This document shows, piece by piece, positions 8,173 to 16,521 of a stretch of 64,000 nucleotides of DNA. The stretch is from Candidatus Multivorans sp. (lineage in GTDB: Bacteria > Acidobacteriota > Thermoanaerobaculia > Multivoradales > Multivoraceae). Each line of letters begins with the position of its first letter. The stretch's first letter is position 1. Below the pieces are notes generated by a model. That model was not told the DNA's origin. It was given only the letters and a program-made list of their open reading frames with translations, and did not search any database. The translations under genes and the position numbers were made by a program. The DNA lies in the NCBI GenBank assembly GCA_965219675.1, contig OZ244786.1, positions 1,741,914-1,805,913 on the forward strand. The letters are read 5' to 3'.

Positions 8173-8592
8173 ATGGCACTGAACACCTACCTGACCTTCG
8201 ACGGCAACTGCCGGGAGGCCTTCGACTTCTACCGTTCCGTCTTCGGCGGCGAGTTCTCGGACTTCAACACGTTCGGCGAAGGCCCGGAAGGCCTGCCGCT
8301 CGCCGAGGGCCAGGAGGACCAGATCATGCACGTGGCCCTGCCGGTCGGTGACAGCGTGCTATTGGGGAGCGACAGCACGACGTTCGGGCCGCCGCTTGAG
8401 GTCGGCAACAACTTCTCGATCTCGGTGGAGGCCGAGAGCCGGGAACGGGCCGACGAACTGATCGCGAAGCTGTCGGACGGCGGCGCGGTGACGCTGCCGA
8501 TGGAGGACCAGTTCTGGGGCGCCTACTTCGGCATGTGCGTGGACCGCTTCGGCGTGAACTGGATGCTGGTGTACGCACCGCCGCAGGAGTAG
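8173..8592 (+). CDS. VOC-family protein of the PhnB-like type (glyoxalase/bleomycin-resistance fold).
   Basis: 139-aa ORF ...DQIMHVALPVGDSVLLGSDS...DQFWGAYFGMCVDRFGVNWML. A Shine-Dalgarno GAGGAG lies 7 nt upstream. Confidence 0.8.
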   Translation: MALNTYLTFDGNCREAFDFYRSVFGGEFSDFNTFGEGPEGLPLAEGQEDQIMHVALPVGDSVLLGSDSTTFGPPLEVGNNFSISVEAESRERADELIAKLSDGGAVTLPMEDQFWGAYFGMCVDRFGVNWMLVYAPPQE

Positions 8593-8624
8593 GAGGAAAG
8601 CAGGGCTTTCGCCAACACGGAGCC

Positions 8625-8630
8625 AAAGGA
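8625..8630 (+). promoter_or_regulatory. Shine-Dalgarno sequence AAGGAG for the epimerase gene.
   Basis: 9-nt spacing to the ATG at 8640. Supports the internal start. Confidence 0.55.
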
Positions 8631-8639
8631 GCCATCACG

Positions 8640-9740
8640 ATGTCCGCCATCTCACCCAACGACGGTCCGGTCGCCGTCACCGGCGTCTCCGGTTTCACCG
8701 GCGGCCACATGGTGCGTGATCTCGTCCTCCAGGGTTATGCGGTCCGGGCCTGCCTGCGCAACGCGGATTCCTGGCGCGGCCGGGACTGCGTCGAGTACCT
8801 GAACGGGCTGCCCAACGTCGAGATCGTGGACGGCTGCGATCTGTTCGTGCCCGGTTCGTACGACGAGGCCTTCGCCGGTTGCTCGGGCGTGTTCCACGTC
8901 GCAGCGGTGCTCGGCAACTCGGCGGACGGCAAGTCCCAGCCGCTCGGCTCGGGCAACGTGTCGACGGACGTCTACGAGGGCGGCATGGCCGGGACGCGGA
9001 ACGTGATCGACTCGGTCAACCGGAGCGACAGCGTGAAGCGGGTCGTGTACACGAGTTCCCTCGCGGCGGTCGCCGGCCTGGGGGCGCCGGCGATGCCTCC
9101 GGGCTACGCGTGGACCGAGACGGACTGGGCTTCCGGCAACTTCCCGGAGGAGGTCTGGAACCACCCGCGGATGGCCTATGCCCGCAGCAAGGTCGATACC
9201 GAGCGGCTGCTGAACCAGGCCGCGGACGACAGCGGCGGCACCTGGGACGTGGTGACGGTGAACCCCGCGATGATCTGCGGGCCGATCCTGTTCAAGGCCC
9301 AGGTCGGCCAGTGGATCGAGCAGATCGGCCGCCTGGCCGCGGGACAGGCAACGTCTTGGCCGACGCCGTACGACATGTACTACAACATCATCGACGTGCG
9401 CGACCTGGTCAAGGCGGAACGGCTGGCGGCCGAGTCGGACGTGGACCACCGGGCGTCGAACGGCGGCAGCCGATACCTCCTGCACGGCAGCGGCGGCCGT
9501 TCCGCTCTCCGGCTCGGCACGGAAGTGCGCGGGATCATCCAGCAGCTCTTCCCGGGCTTCGTGGTCGGCGAGCCGGAAGTGCCCGAAGGGGGCACGCCGC
9601 CCCCGGCGGCCATCAACCACAGCAAGAAGGCGGAGTCGGTGCTGGGCGCCACCCTTCGGCCCGTGGAAGACACGATCCGGGCCGTCGTGGAGACGTCGGT
9701 CGAGCTGGGCATCATCGAGCCGCGGTTGCGGGGGGCCTGA
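8640..9740 (+). CDS. NAD-dependent epimerase/dehydratase (extended SDR family).
   Basis: Rossmann motif VTGVSGFTGGHMV and catalytic YARSK (YxxxK). The internal ATG at 8640 is preceded by the Shine-Dalgarno AAGGAG. The track ORF's 5' part from 8535 is arginine-rich junk. Confidence 0.85.
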   Translation: MSAISPNDGPVAVTGVSGFTGGHMVRDLVLQGYAVRACLRNADSWRGRDCVEYLNGLPNVEIVDGCDLFVPGSYDEAFAGCSGVFHVAAVLGNSADGKSQPLGSGNVSTDVYEGGMAGTRNVIDSVNRSDSVKRVVYTSSLAAVAGLGAPAMPPGYAWTETDWASGNFPEEVWNHPRMAYARSKVDTERLLNQAADDSGGTWDVVTVNPAMICGPILFKAQVGQWIEQIGRLAAGQATSWPTPYDMYYNIIDVRDLVKAERLAAESDVDHRASNGGSRYLLHGSGGRSALRLGTEVRGIIQQLFPGFVVGEPEVPEGGTPPPAAINHSKKAESVLGATLRPVEDTIRAVVETSVELGIIEPRLRGA

Positions 9741-9763
9741 TCGCGGTTCCGGGGCTGAGGCCA

Positions 9764-11131
9764 TTGAGGATTCTCCTCGTCGTTCCCCTGTTCGCGCTCG
9801 TGTGGGGCGGTGCGCTCCGGGCCGACGATCCGAATCCCGGGCGGAATCGGGTGGCCGAGGCGGAGAGCCTGCCGGTCACCTGGGACATCTCGTCCGGCGA
9901 TGGCGTGCTCTGGACGGCCAAGCTCGGTACGGTGACCTACGGCGGGCCGACGATCGCCGGCGATCTGATCGTCGTCGGCACGAACAACGAGCGGCCCCGC
10001 GACCCGGCGGTTGTCGGCGACCGTGGCGTGGTGATGGCCTTCGACCGCCGTGACGGCGGGTTCCGCTGGCAGATCACCCACGAGAAGCTGGAAGCCGGGG
10101 ACGCGAACGACTGGCCGCTCCAGGGCGTGTGCTCGACGCCGTCGTTCGACGGCGAGCGGCTCTACTACGTCTCGAACAGGGGGGAGGTCGTGGCCGCGGA
10201 TCTCGCCGGTAGCGTCGACTGGTCGTTCGACATGGTGACCGAGTGGGGGGTCTTCCCGAAGCACATGGCGGCGTCGACCCCGCTCGCCGTGGGCGATCTG
10301 GTCTTCGTGTCGACCAGCAACGGCGTCACGGACGACGGCCGGGTGCCGGCGCCGGAAGCGCCGAGCTTCGCGGCGTTGGAGCGTGCGACGGGCCGGCCGG
10401 TATGGCGCGACGGCAGTCCCGGCGCGGCGCTGATCGACGGCCAGTGGGGGAGCCCGTCCCACGGTCGCGCCGGCGGTCGGGACCACGTCGTCTTCCCGGG
10501 CGGTGACGGCTGGCTCTACGGATTCGAGCCGGGGACGGGACGGCCGCTCTGGCGGTTCGACGGCAACTCGGCGCTCGCCGCCGACGAGTTGGATCGAAGC
10601 GAGTCGCGGCACGTCTTCGTGGCCACGCCGGTACTGCACGATGGCACCGTCTACATCGCGGCCGGCCGGGACCCGGAGGCGTCGCTCCGGGCCGGCGTCC
10701 TGTGGGCCGTCGACACGGCAGGCGACGACGACGTGACGGGGAGCGGGGTGCGGTGGCGATTCGAGGATCCGGACTTCGGGCGCGCGATCGCCACCGTGGC
10801 GGTGGACGGCGGCATCGCCTACGCCGCGGACCTGAACGGCTTCCTCTTCGCGCTCGACGCGGCGAGCGGCGAGAAGCTCTGGACATACGACGCGCTGGCG
10901 CCGTTCTGGAGCTCGCCCCTGGTCGCCGACGGCAAGGTCTACGCCGCCGACACGGAGGGCGATGTTGCCGTGCTCCGGGCCGGCCCAACCCTAGAGATCC
11001 TTGCTGAGAACGAGTTCCCGGGAGCGGTGTACACTTCGCCGTCCACGGATGGCTCGGTCGTCTACCTTGCGACCAGCGAAACGCTATATGCGCTGGTCGC
11101 CCGAGCTTCGGGCGGCGGCACGGACGGTTGA
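9764..11131 (+). CDS. Secreted PQQ-like beta-propeller repeat protein (BamB/PQQ-repeat family), paralog 1.
   Basis: The C-terminal part of the 8879..11131 track ORF. The start is probably TTG at 9764 (or CTG at 9755), giving a signal peptide LRILLVVPLFALVWGGALRA. Repeats include NDWPLQGVCSTPSFDGERLYYVSNRGEVVAADL. Confidence 0.7.
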   Translation: MRILLVVPLFALVWGGALRADDPNPGRNRVAEAESLPVTWDISSGDGVLWTAKLGTVTYGGPTIAGDLIVVGTNNERPRDPAVVGDRGVVMAFDRRDGGFRWQITHEKLEAGDANDWPLQGVCSTPSFDGERLYYVSNRGEVVAADLAGSVDWSFDMVTEWGVFPKHMAASTPLAVGDLVFVSTSNGVTDDGRVPAPEAPSFAALERATGRPVWRDGSPGAALIDGQWGSPSHGRAGGRDHVVFPGGDGWLYGFEPGTGRPLWRFDGNSALAADELDRSESRHVFVATPVLHDGTVYIAAGRDPEASLRAGVLWAVDTAGDDDVTGSGVRWRFEDPDFGRAIATVAVDGGIAYAADLNGFLFALDAASGEKLWTYDALAPFWSSPLVADGKVYAADTEGDVAVLRAGPTLEILAENEFPGAVYTSPSTDGSVVYLATSETLYALVARASGGGTDG

Positions 11132-11151
11132 CAGCTCAAGGACCCCGACCC

Positions 11152-12591
11152 ATGAAGACTCGAATCTCCCTGCACCTTTCCTGCATCCTGGCGGCGGTCC
11201 TCGCTGCCGGCTCCGCGGCATCAGCGAACGATCCACCGGCGATGTTCGGCAACACGCCGGCCCGCAACATGGTGTCCGATGCCAGCAACCTGCCCACGGA
11301 GTGGGACGTCCGATCCGGTCAGAACATCATCTGGCAGGCGAAGGTCGGTTCGCAGACCTACGCCGGTCCGGTGGTGCATGGCGGTCGGGTGTACGCCGGG
11401 ACGAACAACGAGGGGCTGCGCCGGCCCGGCATCGAGGGCGACAAGGGCGTCGTGATCGCCCTGGACAAGGAGACGGGCCAGCTTCTTTGGCAGGCCACCC
11501 ACGACAAGCTCGGCGCCGGCCGGGTCAACGACTGGCCGCTCCAGGGCGTCTGTTCGACCCCCTTCGTCGACGACGAGCGCGTCTACTACATCTCGAACCG
11601 CGCGACAGTGGTCGCCGTGGATGTGGATGGCTTCCGGGACGGCACGAACGACGGCATGACGGATGAGCAGTACAGGGAGGAACTCGACGCCGACATCGTG
11701 TGGGAGTACGACATGATCGCGGAGCTCGACGTGTTCCCGCACAACCTGGCCGCGGGTTCGCCCCTGGTCATCGGCGACCTCCTGTTCACGGTCACCGGAG
11801 CCGGCGTCGACGAGGGACACATCAATCTCCCCTCGCCGGCGTCGCCGGCCTTCATCGCCCTGGACAAGAACACCGGCGAGCTCGTGTGGGAGAGCATCGA
11901 CAGCAGTGATGCGGTCCTGCATGGTTCGTGGTCGAACCCGGCGTACGGCGTCGTGGACGGCCAGCCGCAAGTCTCCTTCCCTGGCGGCGACGGCTGGCTC
12001 TACACGTACGAGCCCGCGACCGGCAAGCTGCTGTGGAAGTTCGACCTGAACCCCAAGGACTCGGTCTGGGAACTGGGCGGCGCCGGCACCCGGAACAACA
12101 TCATCTCGACGCCGGTCTTCTACAACAACCGTTTCTACCTCGGCGTCGGCCAGGATCCGGAGCACGGCGAGGGGCCGGGCCACTTCTATGCCCTCGACGC
12201 GGGCGTGGAAGGAGACGCGACGGACAGCGCCGCTCTCTGGCACTTCGGCAACGACGACTTCAACCGCACGATCTCGACCGCGGCCATCGCCGACGGCCTG
12301 CTCTACATTCCGGACCTGAGCGGCTTCCTCTACGTGCTGGACGTCGAGACCGGTGAGCACCTCTGGACCCACGACACCTTCGCGGCGGTCTGGGGTTCTG
12401 CGTTCGTGGCGGACGGCAAGGTCTACCTTGGCGACGAGGACGGCGACATCGTCGTGCTCGAGGCGGGCCGCGAAGAGAAGGTGATCGCGGAGCAGAACAT
12501 GGGTTCCGCCGTGTACACGACGCCGGTGGCCGAGGACGGCCGGATCTACGTGGCCACCCGTTCCGACGTCTTCGCGATCGGGTCGAAGTAG
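11152..12591 (+). CDS. Secreted PQQ-like beta-propeller repeat protein, paralog 2 and a tandem duplicate of the previous gene.
   Basis: ATG at 11152 gives MKTRISLHLSCILAAVLAAGSAASA, a signal peptide. Motifs such as NDWPLQGVCSTPFVDDERVYYISNRATVVAVDV are shared with paralog 1. Confidence 0.8.
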   Translation: MKTRISLHLSCILAAVLAAGSAASANDPPAMFGNTPARNMVSDASNLPTEWDVRSGQNIIWQAKVGSQTYAGPVVHGGRVYAGTNNEGLRRPGIEGDKGVVIALDKETGQLLWQATHDKLGAGRVNDWPLQGVCSTPFVDDERVYYISNRATVVAVDVDGFRDGTNDGMTDEQYREELDADIVWEYDMIAELDVFPHNLAAGSPLVIGDLLFTVTGAGVDEGHINLPSPASPAFIALDKNTGELVWESIDSSDAVLHGSWSNPAYGVVDGQPQVSFPGGDGWLYTYEPATGKLLWKFDLNPKDSVWELGGAGTRNNIISTPVFYNNRFYLGVGQDPEHGEGPGHFYALDAGVEGDATDSAALWHFGNDDFNRTISTAAIADGLLYIPDLSGFLYVLDVETGEHLWTHDTFAAVWGSAFVADGKVYLGDEDGDIVVLEAGREEKVIAEQNMGSAVYTTPVAEDGRIYVATRSDVFAIGSK

Positions 12592-12611
12592 GGGGACGCG
12601 CCGAAGCAGTC

Positions 12612-13838
12612 GTGGTCATCAAGCGAGGTCAGCGACCCCTCGAAACGGAGGACTCATGGGGCGTCGACGCGACGCCCGGCCGGGTTCTCTACGGCGCTGG
12701 CGCAGTCGATCTCGCAGGCGAAGTCGCCCGGGATCTCGGCGGTCGACGGGTCCTCGTGGTGACCGATCCGGGCGTGGCCGCGGCGGGTCACGTGCACCGG
12801 GCTTCCGTTTCGTTGCGAGACGCTGGTCTCGACATCGCGGTCTTCTACGGCGTGGGAGAGAACCCCGGGGAGCGCCACGTGGCGGCGGCCGCGGCCGCGG
12901 CTCGTGCCCACGATGCGGACTTCCTGATCGGTCTGGGCGGCGGTTCGGCGATGGACTGCGCGAAGGGCGCGAACTTCATCTTCACGAACGGCGGCCGCAT
13001 GGAGGACTACTGGGGCTTCGGGAAGGCCTCCAGGCCAATGCTGCCGTCCATCGGAGTGCCCTGCACGGCGGGCACCGGTAGCGAAGCGCAGTCCTTTGCC
13101 GTGATCTCGCGCGAGGACGACCACCGGAAGATGGCCTGCGGCGATCCGAAGGCGCGGTTTGCCGCCACCCTGCTCGATCCGGAGCTGGTGCGTACCGCGC
13201 CCCCCGAGGTCATGGCGGCTACTGGCCTCGACGCGCTGTCCCATGCACTCGAGAGCTTCGTCACGACCGCGGCGAATCCGTACTCGCGGATGTTCGCTGC
13301 GGAGGGCTTCGCCCGCCTGCTGCGAGGGTTCGATGCGGTCGTGGAGGCGCAGCGGGAGAACGGTCCGAGCGCGGGGAGCGCAAGGTCGGAGGCCGAAGTG
13401 ACGGAGCTGTGGGGCGAGATGCTTCTTGGCGCCCACTTCTCGGGCGCGGCGATCGAGGCCTCCATGCTCGGCGCCGCCCATGGTCTGGCGAACCCGCTGA
13501 CCGCGCGCTACGACATCACGCACGGCGTCGCGGTTGCCGTGATGCTGGATCACGTCGTGCGGTTCAACGGTGGAGCCCCGGACGTCCGCTATGGAGGTCT
13601 GGCGCGGCTCGCCTTCGGCGGCGCCGCGGCGAACGGCCTGGCAAGCGAGCGACTGGCCGAACTCTGGGTCGGCCTTCGGCGAGGGGCGGGGGTCGCCGGC
13701 AGATTGCGGGATCTCGGAGTCCGCGAGGAGGATCTGGACCTGCTCTCGGCGCAGGCGACCGAGCAGTGGACATCGCAGTTCAATCCGCGTTCAGCCGCCG
13801 CCTCCGATATGCTCGCGCTCTACCGGGCGGCGTTCTGA
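12612..13838 (+). CDS. Iron-containing alcohol dehydrogenase (Fe-ADH family).
   Basis: GTG start. ...RVLYGAGAVDLAGEVARDLGGRRVLVVTDPGV..., GLGGGSAMDCAKG and metal-binding His region LGAAHGLANPL. Confidence 0.8.
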   Translation: MVIKRGQRPLETEDSWGVDATPGRVLYGAGAVDLAGEVARDLGGRRVLVVTDPGVAAAGHVHRASVSLRDAGLDIAVFYGVGENPGERHVAAAAAAARAHDADFLIGLGGGSAMDCAKGANFIFTNGGRMEDYWGFGKASRPMLPSIGVPCTAGTGSEAQSFAVISREDDHRKMACGDPKARFAATLLDPELVRTAPPEVMAATGLDALSHALESFVTTAANPYSRMFAAEGFARLLRGFDAVVEAQRENGPSAGSARSEAEVTELWGEMLLGAHFSGAAIEASMLGAAHGLANPLTARYDITHGVAVAVMLDHVVRFNGGAPDVRYGGLARLAFGGAAANGLASERLAELWVGLRRGAGVAGRLRDLGVREEDLDLLSAQATEQWTSQFNPRSAAASDMLALYRAAF

Positions 13839-13938
13839 GGCGGGCGTTTCGACGTTCCTCGAGTCTCACGAAAGGCCGCCAGCAGTGGAGCCTGTCGTGC
13901 CGCAAACTCGAGACTCAGGATACGGCGCAGATCGCCGG

Positions 13939-15141
13939 ATGCGTTCGGGCCGCGGGCAGCCTTCCGGTTGGCGGACGCCTCGCCTGATCGTCCTGGCCGC
14001 TCTGGCTGCCGCGTTCACCCTGCCGCTTCTGTTCGGGGCGGCCGCCACCGCTGGCGACGGGGAGGATCAGGAATCGGCGACCTCAACGTCGTTGTTCCGT
14101 CCCTCCGCCAATGCCTGGCCGGTGTTCCGCGGCAACCTGCTGGGCACGGGCGTGGCCGGGACAACCCTGCCTGAGGATCCGAAACTGCTCTGGACCTTCG
14201 ATACCGGAAGCGAGATCGAGAGCACGGCCGCGATCGTGGGCGGCGTCGTCTTCTTCGGGGACTACGAGGGCCGGGTGTACGCCGTGACCCTTGAAGAAGG
14301 AAAGGAACTCTGGCGATTCGACGCGGGAACGCCAATCAAGGCGCCCCTGTCGGTCTTCGACGGCGTCGTCTACATCGGCGACGAGTACGGTCTCATCCAC
14401 GCCCTCGACGCGAAGAGCGGCGAGGAGAAGTGGCAGTTCGAGACGCTGGGGGAAATCTACGCCGGCGTCTCGCTGCACGGCGACCGGCTGCTCGTCGGTT
14501 CCTACGACAACTCGCTCTACTGCCTGGATCGCGAGAGCGGCGAGAAGCTGTGGCAGGTGGAGACGGAGGGCTACGTGCATGGCACGCCGGCGGTCGCCGA
14601 CGGGTTGACCACGGTGTCCGGCTGCGACGGCTACATGTGGCTGATCGACATCGAAACCGGTGAGACGATTCACAAGATCAACCTGCGCGGCCAGGCGGCC
14701 TCGAGCCCGGCCGTGATCGGCGAGATGGCCTACGTCGCGACCTACGAGAACGAGGTCCTGGGCATCGACCTCGGGCGGCGTGAGGTCGCCTGGGCATACG
14801 AGCACGAGGTGCGCAAGTTTCCGTTCTATGCGTCGGCCGCCGCGGACGACGAGATCGTCGTCATCGGTGGTCGGGACAAGATCGTCCATGCCCTGGATCC
14901 GCGGACCGGCGAACGAAAATGGGAGTGGAACAGCGGCGCCCGGCTCGACTCCTCCCCGGTCATCGTCGGCGACCGCGTGTTCCTGGGCTCGAAGCGGGGG
15001 CCCGTCCTCGCGCTGGACAAGGCGACGGGGGAACCGGTGTGGGAGTTCGACACCGGTTCGGCAATCATGGCTTCGCCGGCCGTGGCGTCGGAACGCCTCG
15101 TGATCGGCAGCCTCGACGGCATCCTGTACTGCTTCGGGTGA
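13939..15141 (+). CDS. Secreted PQQ-repeat beta-propeller protein with canonical PQQ-enzyme repeats.
   Basis: The internal ATG at 13939 gives a signal peptide MRSGRG...LIVLAALAAAFTLPLLFGAAATA. There are repeated LW.FDTG..I.S.P..V.GVV.FG blades. Confidence 0.8.
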   Translation: MRSGRGQPSGWRTPRLIVLAALAAAFTLPLLFGAAATAGDGEDQESATSTSLFRPSANAWPVFRGNLLGTGVAGTTLPEDPKLLWTFDTGSEIESTAAIVGGVVFFGDYEGRVYAVTLEEGKELWRFDAGTPIKAPLSVFDGVVYIGDEYGLIHALDAKSGEEKWQFETLGEIYAGVSLHGDRLLVGSYDNSLYCLDRESGEKLWQVETEGYVHGTPAVADGLTTVSGCDGYMWLIDIETGETIHKINLRGQAASSPAVIGEMAYVATYENEVLGIDLGRREVAWAYEHEVRKFPFYASAAADDEIVVIGGRDKIVHALDPRTGERKWEWNSGARLDSSPVIVGDRVFLGSKRGPVLALDKATGEPVWEFDTGSAIMASPAVASERLVIGSLDGILYCFG

Positions 15142-15151
15142 AGCCATCCGG

Positions 15152-16501
15152 ATGAGTGAACGCACCGCCACGCTGGCGGAGCCGGCAACCGGCCTGCTCG
15201 ATCTCGAAGCGACCGACATCGGGTCGGTCTTCGTGTCGAACTATCCGCCGTACTCGGCCTGGAACGAGGCTTCGGTGAACGAGGCGGCCGCGGCGCTCGA
15301 CCGGGAGCCCGTCCCCGGCACCTCGCTCGGCCTCTACATCCATATCCCGTTCTGCCGAAAGCGCTGCAAGTTCTGCTACTTCCGGGTCTACATCGACAAG
15401 AACCACGAGCAGATCGGGCGTTACCTGGACGCCCTCGGCGTGGAGTTCGAGCGCTATGCGGACCAGCGGTCGATCAGGGGCCGGAAGCTCGACTTCGTCT
15501 ACTTCGGCGGCGGTACTCCCTCCTACATCGCGGCCAAGCAACTGATTCCCCTGGCAGAGCGGCTGCAGAGCGTGATGCCGTGGGACAGCGCCGAAGAGGT
15601 GGCGTTCGAGTGTGAGCCGGGGACGCTGACCCAGTCCAAGCTGGAGGCGATCCGGAGCATCGGTGTGACCCGTCTCAGCCTCGGGGTGGAGAACTTCGAC
15701 GACAGGATTCTGGAGGAGAACGGCCGCGCCCACGTGTCGAAGGAGATCTACCGGGTGCGCGACTGGATCCGCGCCCAGGGGTTCCGGCAACTGAACGTCG
15801 ACCTGATCGCCGGCATGGTCGGCGAGACCTGGGAAAGCTGGAAGCGAACCGTCGACCTGACGATCGAGTACGACCCGGACTCGATCACGCTCTACCAGAT
15901 GGAGCTGCCGTTCAACACGGTGTACTCGAAGGCCAAACTGCGCGGCGATGCCGACGCGCCGGCCTTTGCCGACTGGCGTACGAAGCGGGAATGGCACGCC
16001 TACGCCTTCGAGCGGTTCGAGCGCGCCGGTTTCGAGCGCTGGAGCGCCTACACGATGATGCGGCGTGACCGGGGCTGCAAGTTCGTCTACGCCCGGGAAG
16101 TCTGGAGCGGCGCCGACATGATCCCGATCGGGGTCTCATCGTTCGGTCACATGGGCGGCGTCCATCTGCAGAACCACGACCGCTGGGACGACTACCTGGC
16201 GGCGATCGAGGGCGGCGGTCTGGCGACCCGAAGAGCGCTCGCCACCACTTCCCGCGAGCGCCTGACCCGCGAGCTCATCCTGCAGTTGAAGCGGGGCTGG
16301 CTGGAGCGCGGCGCCTTCGAGCGGAAGTTCGGCGTCGACGTGGTGGAGGACTACGCCGAGGCCTTCCGCAGCCTGACCGACCAGGGGCTGGCAACGGTCG
16401 GGCCGGAACGCGTCGAACTCAGCGAGGGAGGACTCCTGCGCGTCGACCAGCTCCTGCCGCGGTTCTACGACGAGCAGTACCGGGGCGCGCGCTACACCTG
16501 A
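15152..16501 (+). CDS. Radical SAM protein of the HemN/HemW/HutW (coproporphyrinogen-III oxidase-like) family.
   Basis: CxxxCxxC cluster motif in LYIHIPFCRKRCKFCYF. HemN-like length of 449 aa. SNYPPYSAW near the N-terminus. Confidence 0.85.
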   Translation: MSERTATLAEPATGLLDLEATDIGSVFVSNYPPYSAWNEASVNEAAAALDREPVPGTSLGLYIHIPFCRKRCKFCYFRVYIDKNHEQIGRYLDALGVEFERYADQRSIRGRKLDFVYFGGGTPSYIAAKQLIPLAERLQSVMPWDSAEEVAFECEPGTLTQSKLEAIRSIGVTRLSLGVENFDDRILEENGRAHVSKEIYRVRDWIRAQGFRQLNVDLIAGMVGETWESWKRTVDLTIEYDPDSITLYQMELPFNTVYSKAKLRGDADAPAFADWRTKREWHAYAFERFERAGFERWSAYTMMRRDRGCKFVYAREVWSGADMIPIGVSSFGHMGGVHLQNHDRWDDYLAAIEGGGLATRRALATTSRERLTRELILQLKRGWLERGAFERKFGVDVVEDYAEAFRSLTDQGLATVGPERVELSEGGLLRVDQLLPRFYDEQYRGARYT

Positions 16502-16521
16502 GGTCCTGGAAACCCGGGGTC

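Noticed and set aside
12656-13081. ORF starting at the ATG at 12656, which is preceded by a GGAGGA Shine-Dalgarno-like sequence.
   Set aside because: It is out of frame with the Fe-ADH and translates to Arg-rich junk. The in-frame GTG at 12612 gives the conserved Fe-ADH N-terminus.
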